In this document: in pieces, positions 18,135-28,330 of the stretch
How positions within the stretch are numbered: position 1 is the first letter of the stretch
Layout: each line of letters begins with the position of its first letter
Virus record (IMG/VR): IMGVR_UViG_3300042465_005116
Coordinates: 32,001-96,000 of that record
DNA from: a virus
Taxonomy: Duplodnaviria > Caudoviricetes
Length of the DNA: 64,000 bases
Reading direction: 5' to 3' (one strand)
The notes under the pieces: generated by a model
Databases searched by the model: none
What the model saw: only the letters and a program-made list of their open reading frames with translations
What the model was told of the DNA's origin: nothing
Position numbers and translations under genes: made by a program

Positions 18135-19336
18135 AAATCTCTTACACCTTGTTTTTCATAACTAACTGGTACTTTAATTCCGGTGTTACATCCATTACAA
18201 TTATCACAAAATGTAATATATCCTAAATCAGTATAACCTAAATCAAATTTTAATAATTCTTCTTTTGAAATTGTCTTTATATCAACATAATCATTTTCAT
18301 TTAATGGGAATATTTTTGTTCTAACTGCTGATGTATTAAGATGACAATAATAAAACTTACCATCATTTAATCCTCTAAATGGGGCAGTACACGAATCAAA
18401 GTGTTTTATTAATTCATCAGTTGGTAATTTTTTAGAAACCCTTAAATCACCAAAATCATACCATTCAATTTCATTCCTAACATAATGATTAATATTATTA
18501 TTTTTATAAACATCTAAAACTTTTGTTATTTTACTTTTTATAAATTCTAATTTATCACTATAATCACTAACACTTAAAATAACATCATTATCCTTTAATA
18601 ACTGGATAATAGTATCTTTTGGTAAAATTGTACCATTTGTAGTGATTATTAGTTTATCAATTTTGGTTATATAGTTTTCTAATATGTGTTTGATTACATT
18701 TTCTATATTTGGATATAAAAATGGCTCTCCGCCAACTAAATGAAAAACACTTACATAATCTACAATCTTAAAATAGGAATCTATATCAGAAATTATCGTA
18801 TCTAACTCCATGTGAACCGGGAATTCGTAATGCGGCATGAACATATTACAATGTGAGCAGTTCAAACTACATTTTTCGGTTACTAATACATCTGATTGGA
18901 ATATATGAACTATATTTTTGTATTTAAAGGGCCAAATTGATGCAATATTCTTATACCAAGTCCATTTTACATCATTTTTTTCTAAAAATTCTTTGTATTT
19001 TTGTTTATACACATCAGTTGTTACAATAACTTGTGTATTTGGTGTAATTTCAAAATTATCTATGTGAATTAGTTCAATATTTTTTCTTTTTAGTTCAATA
19101 TTTTTAGATTGATGATAAAAAGAACTAATTTCGTTGATATTATTTAAGGTAGTTGTATTTTTTACATCGTGGTCAACGATATATTTAATTTTTAACACAT
19201 TTTCACCTAATAATAAATCAATAGTTCTAATAAATTGGATGCATTCTTTACTTGCACCAAATAAAACATATTCAGTATCTAAGTTCCAATCTGAAATGAA
19301 CTTATCAAAATTATGTAACTCATTATTATATAACAT
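18131..19336 (-). CDS. Radical SAM protein with N-terminal accessory domain
   Basis: CSLNCSHC, VGGEPFLYP, TTNGT, C-terminal Cys cluster CDNCNGC. Confidence 0.9.
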   Translation of the reverse strand: MLYNNELHNFDKFISDWNLDTEYVLFGASKECIQFIRTIDLLLGENVLKIKYIVDHDVKNTTTLNNINEISSFYHQSKNIELKRKNIELIHIDNFEITPNTQVIVTTDVYKQKYKEFLEKNDVKWTWYKNIASIWPFKYKNIVHIFQSDVLVTEKCSLNCSHCNMFMPHYEFPVHMELDTIISDIDSYFKIVDYVSVFHLVGGEPFLYPNIENVIKHILENYITKIDKLIITTNGTILPKDTIIQLLKDNDVILSVSDYSDKLEFIKSKITKVLDVYKNNNINHYVRNEIEWYDFGDLRVSKKLPTDELIKHFDSCTAPFRGLNDGKFYYCHLNTSAVRTKIFPLNENDYVDIKTISKEELLKFDLGYTDLGYITFCDNCNGCNTGIKVPVSYEKQGVRDL

Positions 19337-19340
19337 ATTG

Positions 19341-19979
19341 TTAAAATACTACCCATTTACCTGTTCCGTAATGCGGATATTTTGATTTATATTTATAATA
19401 GATTACATCTTCTGGTATTTCTCTTTGAATTTCTCCCCAAGTATGTGAGGTTGGGGTATTTGTAGATACTTCATTATCTTCAACTACAAAATAAAGGGGT
19501 AAATTATGATTTCTAGCGTATTTATGTACTTCATAAAAGATTCCTGTTTCAAAAGTCATATCACCAATGAAACACCATACCTTTTTATCTTCACCTTTTA
19601 GTTTTATTGATTCAGCTGCACCTAAAGCAATTGGTAAAATCCCAGTTACTATTGCTGATGAGTAAAAATTACACTTTTTATTTACAATTGTTATACTTCG
19701 ACCATCTAAAATCTCATCTTTTAACCAAGATTCATCAATCCCATGCAAAAGTGCATGATAATGAGACCTCCAAGTAGAAAATACCCAATCATCTACCCCC
19801 ACTTTTTTGAATATTTCTATTAATTCATCCTCGTTTCCATTTGATAAATGTATTGGGCCTCGAATATCTCCTGTTTCCCAATGTTTAATAATATCATCTT
19901 CAAATTGAATGAGTTGTTCTTTTGTAAGATTACCATCAATCCATCTATCTTCGTGATAATTTAAATTTTTAATTTCCAT
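19341..19979 (-). CDS. TPP-dependent enzyme, E1-alpha-like (pyrophosphate-binding) subunit, short form
   Basis: GPIHLSNGNE, STWRSHYHAL, GDMTFETG...VVEDN (GDG..N TPP motif variant). Confidence 0.88.
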   Translation of the reverse strand: MEIKNLNYHEDRWIDGNLTKEQLIQFEDDIIKHWETGDIRGPIHLSNGNEDELIEIFKKVGVDDWVFSTWRSHYHALLHGIDESWLKDEILDGRSITIVNKKCNFYSSAIVTGILPIALGAAESIKLKGEDKKVWCFIGDMTFETGIFYEVHKYARNHNLPLYFVVEDNEVSTNTPTSHTWGEIQREIPEDVIYYKYKSKYPHYGTGKWVVF

Positions 19980-20553
19980 TTTTATCTCTATTTGAAAGTA
20001 TTGGTTGTGCTACGGGCCATTCAACATTAAATCGTTTATCGTTAAACACTATTGTTTTTTGTTTATTCTCATCGTTATATTCACCTTCATATGCCATTTT
20101 GTAAAAAAAGATAGAATTATCCTCCATCACATAATGACCATTAGCAAACATTGGTGGAATTAGAACTTGAGTACCAGTTTCCGGTGAAATTATAAAAGAT
20201 TCCCATTTACCATAAGTTGGTGAGTTTGGTCTAACATCCATTACAACCAAATATATACGACCATGCAGACAACTTACTAATTTCCAAGTCTTTTCATCAT
20301 AGTGCATTCCTCTCAATACACCTACTTTTGATTTTGAGAACCTATCGTGTTTAAATTCTAACCCATTGTTGCGTTCAGCGGCGGGCAACAAACGGTCATA
20401 ATACTCTGAGTGATAAGTTGTAGAGATTGAACCTCTATATTCGTAATACGTGGATGGTTGTACGATTTTTATCTCTGGTAATACCAATCCATTGTAATAG
20501 TGAAAATCATTCCACTCTCGTTCTTTGTAAAATATACTACGTCCTGTTGCCAT
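19969..20553 (-). CDS. rmlC: dTDP-4-dehydrorhamnose 3,5-epimerase family (cupin)
   Basis: SKSKVGVLRGMHY, KLVSCLHG, DVRPNSPTYGKW, IPPMFANG. Confidence 0.9.
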   Translation of the reverse strand: MATGRSIFYKEREWNDFHYYNGLVLPEIKIVQPSTYYEYRGSISTTYHSEYYDRLLPAAERNNGLEFKHDRFSKSKVGVLRGMHYDEKTWKLVSCLHGRIYLVVMDVRPNSPTYGKWESFIISPETGTQVLIPPMFANGHYVMEDNSIFFYKMAYEGEYNDENKQKTIVFNDKRFNVEWPVAQPILSNRDKNGN

Positions 20554-21508
20554 AACTTAAAGGGAATCCATTTCTATATTTTGAAGATAAGTCTTGGATT
20601 AAAATTTTATATGTTTTTATTAATTCTACGATTCCATCATCTAAACTATATTGTGGAGTCCAACCTAATGCTTCTAATTTAGAATTAGAAACAATATAAT
20701 CTCTTTTATCGGGGTCTTCATAATAATCCGAATATGTGATTGCAAAATCGGGTACATATTCTTTGATTTTTTCTACTAATTGCTGTTTTGATAAATTAGC
20801 GTTTGAAAGGCCCACATTAAATACGTCTCCTTTTAATTTTTCATAATTTTCTATCATATACACAAATGTATTTGCAACATCTCTGATATGAATGTAGTTT
20901 CTTATGAAATTTTTCTCAAAAATGGTGATGTACTTATCAGTTAATGCTTTGTAAACAAATTCGTTAACAAGTAAGTCCATTCTCATTCGTGGTGATGAAC
21001 CAAAGACGGTGGCAAGTCTAATTGAAATACCACCATAGTTTAATACTTCTCTCTCAGCATTAACTTTGGTTACACCATAATGAGAAATGGGGTTTAGTGG
21101 ACTCTCTTCAGTACACTCACCATTCTCTCCTATCCCATACCCACTATTTGTGTTGGGGTATATAATCTTTTTATTAGTATTCTTTATTCTATCACATATA
21201 AACTTTACTTGAGTATAATTGACTGCAGTAGCAAGGTCTTTATCTCTATCACATGCAGGAAATCCTACGATTGCTGCCAGAGGAATTATTACATCTGCTT
21301 CATCTACATATTTTGAAAGTTTTTCCTGGTCTCTAACATCCCCATAAACAAATTCAAAATTCTTTCTCCAACTATAATGTATTAATGATGTTTGATTGTA
21401 CATTAAATTATCATAAACTGTAAGTTTAGTAACTCCACCATTATTAAATAGACGTTCAATTAAAACTGAACCTAAATAACCTGCACCACCTGTAATTAAA
21501 ATATTCAT
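20537..21508 (-). CDS. NAD-dependent NDP-sugar epimerase/dehydratase
   Basis: ILITGGAGYLG, canonical YGVTK, RLATVFG, RNYIHIRD. Confidence 0.92.
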   Translation of the reverse strand: MNILITGGAGYLGSVLIERLFNNGGVTKLTVYDNLMYNQTSLIHYSWRKNFEFVYGDVRDQEKLSKYVDEADVIIPLAAIVGFPACDRDKDLATAVNYTQVKFICDRIKNTNKKIIYPNTNSGYGIGENGECTEESPLNPISHYGVTKVNAEREVLNYGGISIRLATVFGSSPRMRMDLLVNEFVYKALTDKYITIFEKNFIRNYIHIRDVANTFVYMIENYEKLKGDVFNVGLSNANLSKQQLVEKIKEYVPDFAITYSDYYEDPDKRDYIVSNSKLEALGWTPQYSLDDGIVELIKTYKILIQDLSSKYRNGFPLSYGNRT

Positions 21509-22941
21509 ATTAAATCTTTATTTAAAGCTTTATAAATTGTGTTTCCTAAATATTCGGGTAATAAATAACTTTGATATATTTTTACTAAATTATTAAAATT
21601 ATGTTCTAATACTTCAAACATATCAAAATAAATTTCATGTATTTCATCAATATCTAATTTAGATATTTTTAAGATTTCATTGTATGCTAATTCGAATCGT
21701 TTGTTTGTATTTATTTCTAAATCATATGATTCATCAACCCATTTATCAAATGTTTTAAACCCCAACTCTTTTAATGATTTTAATGTATATGGATTACCAA
21801 ATATAATAAATGGTTGTAAATTTATTACGGGTCTTAATGTTTTTTCAGTTATAAATGTATAATCAGAATGACAAGATGTTTCACACACAATATTAAAATA
21901 TGAATTTAAAAAATGCTCTTTTGTACTAATTTGATTATCTGCTCTAGCACATACATCAGCATCATCGTGGTCTAATTTTAATGGGTATGATTCATCAACA
22001 AATTTTTTTAAAATTTCTCTATCCTCTTTTGAAAATTTTAAAGTTTCAAATTCTAAATTACTAATTGATTTTAAAACATTATCATATTCTGATAACGCAC
22101 GTGATTCATATAATGAAACTAATGATTCTTTTAAAATTCCATCATTATATAATTTAGAAATAACATATGGACGATGTAATCTATTTGAATTACGATTATA
22201 TGATAAAAATTTATATTTTCTTATATTGGAATATGAATTAAAAGCATCATCATTTTTAACAAAAGTTAATTCTTTATTTGTCATAGAATCCGGTCTACCA
22301 TATACACGTGGGTCAAACCCCATTAAGATATACCAGGGAAATGTTTCGACTGAAAATTCATATTTTTGTGAATCTTTTTTTATTTGAAAATTATTATTTA
22401 CAAAAAAAACATCTTCTTTTTTAAATCCGTTTTTACTAACAAACCCATTAAAAAGTTCAATAGTTTTATCTGTTATTTCATAAGAACCTTCTCTCCAATC
22501 CATAATAAGTAAAATACAATTTTTATTATTTTTAATTAAATTGATTGTTGCTGGAGCTAATTTAAAATTATCAAACCCAAATTGTCTATGAACTGATATA
22601 GTATCCGCTTCTAATATTACTACATTTAAAATATCATCTTTTAATTCGGTTTCATTTATTTGGTATGGTAATTTAAATTTTACTATTGGTATTCTGTGTG
22701 CTTCATTTGAAAATTTTGATTTATACTCTTTTAAATAATTTAAAAATGGAGTATCAACATATCGTAATTCATATTTTTCTTTTGGTCTTGTTGGACGAGT
22801 TAAATGAACATCAAAATCTTTTATTTTTTTTAAATTATTTAAAAAAATTTCAGGCAAATCTTGTTGAGCATATCCAGAAAAAAGATATCCATTTGGTGTT
22901 ATATATTCACTTATTATATTAATTTTAGAATATAAAGACAT
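21505..22941 (-). CDS. Putative glycosyltransferase-like protein (paralog 3 of 3)
   Basis: KFLSYNRNSNRLHR; VCETS..FITEKTLRPVINLQPFII..LGFKTF..ESYD. Confidence 0.45.
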   Translation of the reverse strand: MSLYSKINIISEYITPNGYLFSGYAQQDLPEIFLNNLKKIKDFDVHLTRPTRPKEKYELRYVDTPFLNYLKEYKSKFSNEAHRIPIVKFKLPYQINETELKDDILNVVILEADTISVHRQFGFDNFKLAPATINLIKNNKNCILLIMDWREGSYEITDKTIELFNGFVSKNGFKKEDVFFVNNNFQIKKDSQKYEFSVETFPWYILMGFDPRVYGRPDSMTNKELTFVKNDDAFNSYSNIRKYKFLSYNRNSNRLHRPYVISKLYNDGILKESLVSLYESRALSEYDNVLKSISNLEFETLKFSKEDREILKKFVDESYPLKLDHDDADVCARADNQISTKEHFLNSYFNIVCETSCHSDYTFITEKTLRPVINLQPFIIFGNPYTLKSLKELGFKTFDKWVDESYDLEINTNKRFELAYNEILKISKLDIDEIHEIYFDMFEVLEHNFNNLVKIYQSYLLPEYLGNTIYKALNKDLI

Positions 22942-22943
22942 AC

Positions 22944-23726
22944 TTAAATTAGAGTAGAAGATTTTTTATTTATACTATTCATTAATTCAACTTCGTAATT
23001 TTTAAAAGTTTCAATATACCACTGTCTTCTATGTCTTAGGTGGTTACAATGACCAGATTTATCTGATATTGTTGAGTATGTGCTTGAAACTCCATCATAT
23101 TCAAACCAAGTGTTTTCATATTTTGCATCATGCATTATTTCATCAAAATATATTTCGTCTTCTAATACTATTTTTGGAATAAAATAATCAACTGCTTTTA
23201 AGTAATCAATACTACCTGCCCAAAACCCATTATGTGGTATTGAATTTTTGTGATGATATGCACATCCTATATAAGTGTTACACCAACTGTAATCAATAAG
23301 GTCACCTGTATATTTATTTGCTGATGACATCATTAATTCATCTAATTCATTGTAGAAACAAACTACAAATTCTTTGTTTACACTATCATGTGAAACAAAT
23401 ACCTTTAACCATTCTTGATTTTCAATTTTTTGTGGTACAAAGACGTGGTTAAATTTTGGTTCTGCATCCGGTGTTTCCTTTGTCCACCAATCAAATTTAA
23501 TATATCCATCTAATGTTATATACAACCCTAAATGTAATCCTGGTTTACCAATAATACAACATGCATTATTTTCACCTTCATCTTTTTTAATTGCTTCAAA
23601 ATTTGTTTTAAATTTAGTAAACAAAGTAAAATCTCCTTGTACCCAAGCAGCTGAATTCTTATCTTTTAATCCATGTTGGTTTTCTATACAAATTTCCCAC
23701 CAATCTTTATAATTTATTTCTATCAT
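22944..23726 (-). CDS. Probable LamG/concanavalin A-like beta-sandwich protein
   Basis: Aromatic beta-rich pattern with TYIGCA...FWAGSIDYLK, matching the LamG-like inserts of the neighbouring GT7 genes. Confidence 0.5.
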   Translation of the reverse strand: MIEINYKDWWEICIENQHGLKDKNSAAWVQGDFTLFTKFKTNFEAIKKDEGENNACCIIGKPGLHLGLYITLDGYIKFDWWTKETPDAEPKFNHVFVPQKIENQEWLKVFVSHDSVNKEFVVCFYNELDELMMSSANKYTGDLIDYSWCNTYIGCAYHHKNSIPHNGFWAGSIDYLKAVDYFIPKIVLEDEIYFDEIMHDAKYENTWFEYDGVSSTYSTISDKSGHCNHLRHRRQWYIETFKNYEVELMNSINKKSSTLI

Positions 23727-25138
23727 AATTTTGTGTTTTTACATATGTTCCAAAAATTTTCAAACTCAGGAAAGGTCTTTAAAAAATCAGTTCCTCTTCT
23801 CTTATCGTGGTTTGAAAAGAATTGATAAAAATTATATCTTCTCATATTTTTTAACCAATCTTCCTCATCAGATATATACCAATCATAAATTCTTTTTATT
23901 TTTGCAATTTCCATATCACCATAACCTGCTTCGGTTTTTGCTGCGTATGGAGTTGCTAAAAAATCCATTAATTTTGCTTGATTTAATATATCATTACCCC
24001 AATCATGTGAATCATCTGCCATTAAAGTTTTAACTGCTTGGTGTTGTGGGTGTCTTAAATAAGAACTATCTAATAATACGGCGTTTGGCCAATATCTATC
24101 AACACTCTTATGATTATATTTTATATCGTAGATATCAGTAATCAGTCCACCAAAATTTGGAACTGATAACGCGTTATAAGTTGTCATAAATGTGATATTT
24201 ACGCGAGGACATTTTAATAAAATTTTATTAACATTATCCATAAACTGATTATACACTAATCCGTTTCTAATATATTCCGCTTGTTCTCCCTTTGAATCGC
24301 ATGATGTAAATATTACAAAATCTTTTACCTTATCACCTTCCGTAATTCTATTTATTTTTTCTATAAATTTATCAATTAATTTATCAGGTACACCTAAGTT
24401 TGAATTGATTGCTAATGATAAATTTTTATTTGGATTTTTTTCATCAATTATATAATCTAATACCTTCCATGTATCTTTTGACATTAGAGGTTCACCACCA
24501 GTGATTCTAAAGGTATGTAAATCCCTATATAACTCAGGCCACCATTTCCAAAATGCTTCTACATATGGATTTTCTTGTGATAATGGTATTGGCATTTTAT
24601 CTTCTTGTCTAAGATATGCTAAATCATTAAAATTATCAGTAGTTGGATAACCACCATGCTCTTCGATTTCCTCCATCCATCTAGTTGAGAATTGAGGTGA
24701 ACAATATGAACATTTAAAATTACATGCGTTTGAAAAAGAAACTTCTGCGTACTTTGGATTATAATCTGCTTTCCAATCCAATGCTTTAATCTCATTCATA
24801 TGTGGATAAGACCAAGGTTCGCCTGATTTAAATATTCTATCTGAAAACTCCGTTGAATTATCTTCAACATTCCAACAATAATCACATTCACTTGGACGTT
24901 TTCCTTCTAACATTTCTTTTCTACGAATTTTTTTGAATCGCGTGTTGTGAAGTGCAGATGGGTTTCGTCTAATTTCTCTTTCAGGTATTGGGTGAGTACC
25001 CGGATGGTGACAAGAGTGAGTATGCCCTATTTGTAAGTGCATTGTTACTTGTGTCCACTTTGCTAAACACATACCACAACCGGTTTTACTTAATTCATTC
25101 TTAACTTTTAAAGAATGCTCGTGAAATTTATTTTCCAT
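23723..25138 (-). CDS. Radical SAM protein with N-terminal twitch/SPASM-like Cys/His cluster
   Basis: CNFKCSYC, ITGGEP, INSN; N-terminal CLAKW..HSCHH..CDYCW. Confidence 0.88.
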   Translation of the reverse strand: MENKFHEHSLKVKNELSKTGCGMCLAKWTQVTMHLQIGHTHSCHHPGTHPIPEREIRRNPSALHNTRFKKIRRKEMLEGKRPSECDYCWNVEDNSTEFSDRIFKSGEPWSYPHMNEIKALDWKADYNPKYAEVSFSNACNFKCSYCSPQFSTRWMEEIEEHGGYPTTDNFNDLAYLRQEDKMPIPLSQENPYVEAFWKWWPELYRDLHTFRITGGEPLMSKDTWKVLDYIIDEKNPNKNLSLAINSNLGVPDKLIDKFIEKINRITEGDKVKDFVIFTSCDSKGEQAEYIRNGLVYNQFMDNVNKILLKCPRVNITFMTTYNALSVPNFGGLITDIYDIKYNHKSVDRYWPNAVLLDSSYLRHPQHQAVKTLMADDSHDWGNDILNQAKLMDFLATPYAAKTEAGYGDMEIAKIKRIYDWYISDEEDWLKNMRRYNFYQFFSNHDKRRGTDFLKTFPEFENFWNICKNTKL

Positions 25139-25170
25139 AACTTAAAAATTCATTTATATACATATATATA

Positions 25171-26610
25171 TTAAAGTTTTACATTTATCAACTTTGCTTT
25201 CGGTGCTAAATTTTCAATATTAATTAACTCATATTTTAATTGAGCAATTCCATCTAATTTATAATCCCATTTACCTTGTTGCATCTGTAAAACGTATCTT
25301 TTTTCATTTCGTGCCGTAGTTTCTCCCTTTGCCCACTTATCTACTCCACCTACTTTAATTAAACCTTCATCTTGATGTGGTAAACATTTCAATCTACCAG
25401 CAATTCGATGTGGTATTATAGTATATGGTATTTTTATCTCCTCTATTTTGTTTTCACAATTATATGCTATACCATTATTATCATTACCACTTTTATCAGT
25501 TACAATTCCATCTTCAAAATCATAATGTAAAATTAAATCGGCATTAATAGGTATATTTGGTATTTGTTCTACTTCGCCTTTTGATAATGCTCTGTCCCAC
25601 ATTTTAACTTCTCCTATATCACCTTTGAACCACTTACTAACATCATCTGCTGCAACTGAAGTGGTTGTTCCTAAATAATAATCAACCATACCATAACGTT
25701 TTAACATTCCTGCAAATTGTTGTGGAGAATGAGTACCAGTTCCGTGTCTTGCATCAGATTCTTTTCCATTCATATAAAAATGAATATTATTATCATCAAC
25801 TACAAGTGTAACCCATGTCCATTGGTTTTCATATCGTTTCATCCATTGATATAAATGTTCTCTTTGGTTATTCCAAAGTTGTGCAGTGTATGCTCTACTA
25901 TTATTATAACTCAATCCGTAATCATAACCTGGTCTGCGTAGTATTGGATATTCACAAAATCTTCTTTCAGTATCACCTACTAACCAAATTGGAACTTTTT
26001 CCTCTTGTTGGTGTGCACGAACTAATATTGAAATTGTATGAGAACGTGATGTTAAATTTCTTAAACTTCTTGTTGTAGGAATATGAACATATGAACTTTT
26101 ACCATCAAACGATAAAAAATGTTTAGGGGTTGATGGGTAATTCATATATGAATTGTTTGCATATCCTTCTAATATACATCTCCAAAATAGGTCATCATCT
26201 TCCATACCCCAATCCCAATAATCGTTTGAATATCCGTTGGTGCGTTCCACTTGTTCCTTTGAAAAAATGACTGCTCCACCAAAATACTCTTCGTATTTCA
26301 ACTTGTAATCCATTTGAGAGATATTTGTAGCGATGTGTATTGGGTGTTTGTCTGGAAATGAGTAATCACATCCCTCTTCAGGTATCATATCAATATCATG
26401 CCAAACTATATAATCACACCCATCTTCAAATGCGTGTTTTGCTGCAACGTTTTTCATTGCACCCCTATTGAATAATTTATCATCAACTTGATGCCCAAAA
26501 TAAATACAATAATCAATACCTTGTTCTTCAAGATACTTTCCTACTGTTGGGATAAACTCTTTTAAATGAGATTCTCTATTTCTATAAGGTACACATACTC
26601 CTAATTTCAT
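25171..26610 (-). CDS. GT7 (beta-1,4-galactosyltransferase-like) glycosyltransferase with inserted LamG-like domain
   Basis: VPYRNR, FNRG..KN, HDIDMIP (DxD), YFGG, NGYSNDYWDWGMEDDDL, then LamG-like segment, then LPH...DGIAQLKY tail. Confidence 0.85.
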   Translation of the reverse strand: MKLGVCVPYRNRESHLKEFIPTVGKYLEEQGIDYCIYFGHQVDDKLFNRGAMKNVAAKHAFEDGCDYIVWHDIDMIPEEGCDYSFPDKHPIHIATNISQMDYKLKYEEYFGGAVIFSKEQVERTNGYSNDYWDWGMEDDDLFWRCILEGYANNSYMNYPSTPKHFLSFDGKSSYVHIPTTRSLRNLTSRSHTISILVRAHQQEEKVPIWLVGDTERRFCEYPILRRPGYDYGLSYNNSRAYTAQLWNNQREHLYQWMKRYENQWTWVTLVVDDNNIHFYMNGKESDARHGTGTHSPQQFAGMLKRYGMVDYYLGTTTSVAADDVSKWFKGDIGEVKMWDRALSKGEVEQIPNIPINADLILHYDFEDGIVTDKSGNDNNGIAYNCENKIEEIKIPYTIIPHRIAGRLKCLPHQDEGLIKVGGVDKWAKGETTARNEKRYVLQMQQGKWDYKLDGIAQLKYELINIENLAPKAKLINVKL

Positions 26611-28073
26611 TATATATCTACTTTTATATGTGATACTGATGGTGAAATTACTTTATTTTCTAATTCAGTATATCGCAATGTATTTAATCCATCAATATGA
26701 TAATCCACAATACCAGTTCGTACTTTATTATAATATTTTAATTGATTTTTTCTAGTTTCATCGTGTACCCAACGATTACCAATTGAAGAATTTGATTTAT
26801 GTTTTAAAGATTTAAATTTACCATTTCTTCTATATGGTTTTGGTAAAAATGTATTAAATGATTGTGATAATTTTTCAATACTAACATTATTTAATTTAGC
26901 CTGATATTCTCCAACCAAATCTACACACTTTATATTATTTGATAATTCAGGTAGTAATTGAAAATATAAAAACTCTGATGATTTAAAGTTACCAAAATTT
27001 CTAATTTTTGGTTTTACTTTATTTTTACATATTTCTATGATTTCGTTTGGTTCTAATGCACTATCATACATTTCAACATTAGCTATATTACCATAAAAGA
27101 AATCTTTATTAGTATTCTTACCATTTGCTGCACCTATATAAATATTCTTACTTGATAAGTCTAATATTTCAGCATCCATTTTAACACTATCAATAAGATT
27201 ACCATCTAAATAAAAATATAACATATTAGTATCTTTAAATACCATAGTTAAGTGAACCCAACGTTCTCCTAATATTTCAGTTGTTATTGAGTATGGGTTT
27301 TTATTTTTATCAAACGTTTGACAGAAAAATCTACGAAACGAATTATAAAAAATACCAATATTATATCCCGGTATTGATATTATTGGATATTCATCGTAAT
27401 CTTTGTTTCGATTTATTTGCACGTCTACAGGTTTTACCATTACTGATAATGTAAAATCATTTGATAGATACGATGGTGTTTTTGCTTGTAATTCTATATA
27501 AGAATTATTACCATCAAATTTAAATGTTTCAAATATTTCAACATCACAATTATCTGAATCTTCAACATCCAATTCTAAATCAGATTCTAAACATCTTATT
27601 AATAAATCATCATCTTCAAATCCCCATCCTAAGTATTCGTTTGAATATCCATTTATTTTTTCAAAATCTGCTTTATTAAAAAGAGTAACTCCTCCAAAAT
27701 AATCAAAAAATGAAATTTCATAATCATTTTCTTGTAAATGAGTTGCTAGGTGTAGTGGTTTATCAGTATATGAATAATCTACGTTAATTGGTAACATATC
27801 TACATCGTGAAATACAAAATAATCACAATTATGATTGCATGCAATTTTATAACCTACATTTAATAGTTTACCACGATTAAATGGTTTGTCATCATTTTGT
27901 TCGATAACAAAAATTTGGTAGGTATAATTAGTCAGATATTTTTCCATATGTTTTAAAAACCTATTGAGTTGGGTTTCTCTATTACGATATGGAACAATAA
28001 CCGCTAGTTTATGCTGTTGGTGTATCACCTTCTGTTTCATTTGTTTCAATTTCTGGTTCGGTTCTTTCTGCAT
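26610..28073 (-). CDS. GT7 glycosyltransferase with inserted LamG-like domain (start uncertain)
   Basis: VPYRNR, FNRGKLLN, FHDVDMLP, NGYSNEYLGWGFEDDDL, LamG-like insert, LKH..DGLNTLRY. Confidence 0.85.
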   Translation of the reverse strand: MQKEPNQKLKQMKQKVIHQQHKLAVIVPYRNRETQLNRFLKHMEKYLTNYTYQIFVIEQNDDKPFNRGKLLNVGYKIACNHNCDYFVFHDVDMLPINVDYSYTDKPLHLATHLQENDYEISFFDYFGGVTLFNKADFEKINGYSNEYLGWGFEDDDLLIRCLESDLELDVEDSDNCDVEIFETFKFDGNNSYIELQAKTPSYLSNDFTLSVMVKPVDVQINRNKDYDEYPIISIPGYNIGIFYNSFRRFFCQTFDKNKNPYSITTEILGERWVHLTMVFKDTNMLYFYLDGNLIDSVKMDAEILDLSSKNIYIGAANGKNTNKDFFYGNIANVEMYDSALEPNEIIEICKNKVKPKIRNFGNFKSSEFLYFQLLPELSNNIKCVDLVGEYQAKLNNVSIEKLSQSFNTFLPKPYRRNGKFKSLKHKSNSSIGNRWVHDETRKNQLKYYNKVRTGIVDYHIDGLNTLRYTELENKVISPSVSHIKVDI

Positions 28074-28305
28074 CTCTTGCCGGTCTATTTACTGAACCTA
28101 CTGTTTTAGCTTTTGCAATCATATAAAATTCATTTAAATACCATTCAATCCTTTCAGACCAAACATCTACTTCTAATGCATAAACCCAGTCGTTCATATC
28201 TTCCAATGTATCAGCAATACGTTCTAATGCTTTAGTACGTCTTTCTTCCAAATTTACGGATTCGCTTTTTGCCGTTTCGTTTCCTTTAATTAATTCCTTT
28301 GCCAT
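28009..28305 (-). CDS. Small acidic hypothetical protein
   Basis: 98-aa ORF filling the gap between GT7 paralogs; 3' end overlaps the next ORF. Confidence 0.6.
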   Translation of the reverse strand: MAKELIKGNETAKSESVNLEERRTKALERIADTLEDMNDWVYALEVDVWSERIEWYLNEFYMIAKAKTVGSVNRPARDAERTEPEIETNETEGDTPTA

Positions 28306-28330
28306 TTTTGTTTTGTTTTTTTTAAATTTA

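Noticed and set aside
12313-19979. Pyruvate dehydrogenase as an auxiliary metabolic gene
   Set aside because: Subunits are truncated, separated by 6.5 kb, embedded among NDP-sugar genes, and no E2/E3 is seen in the window
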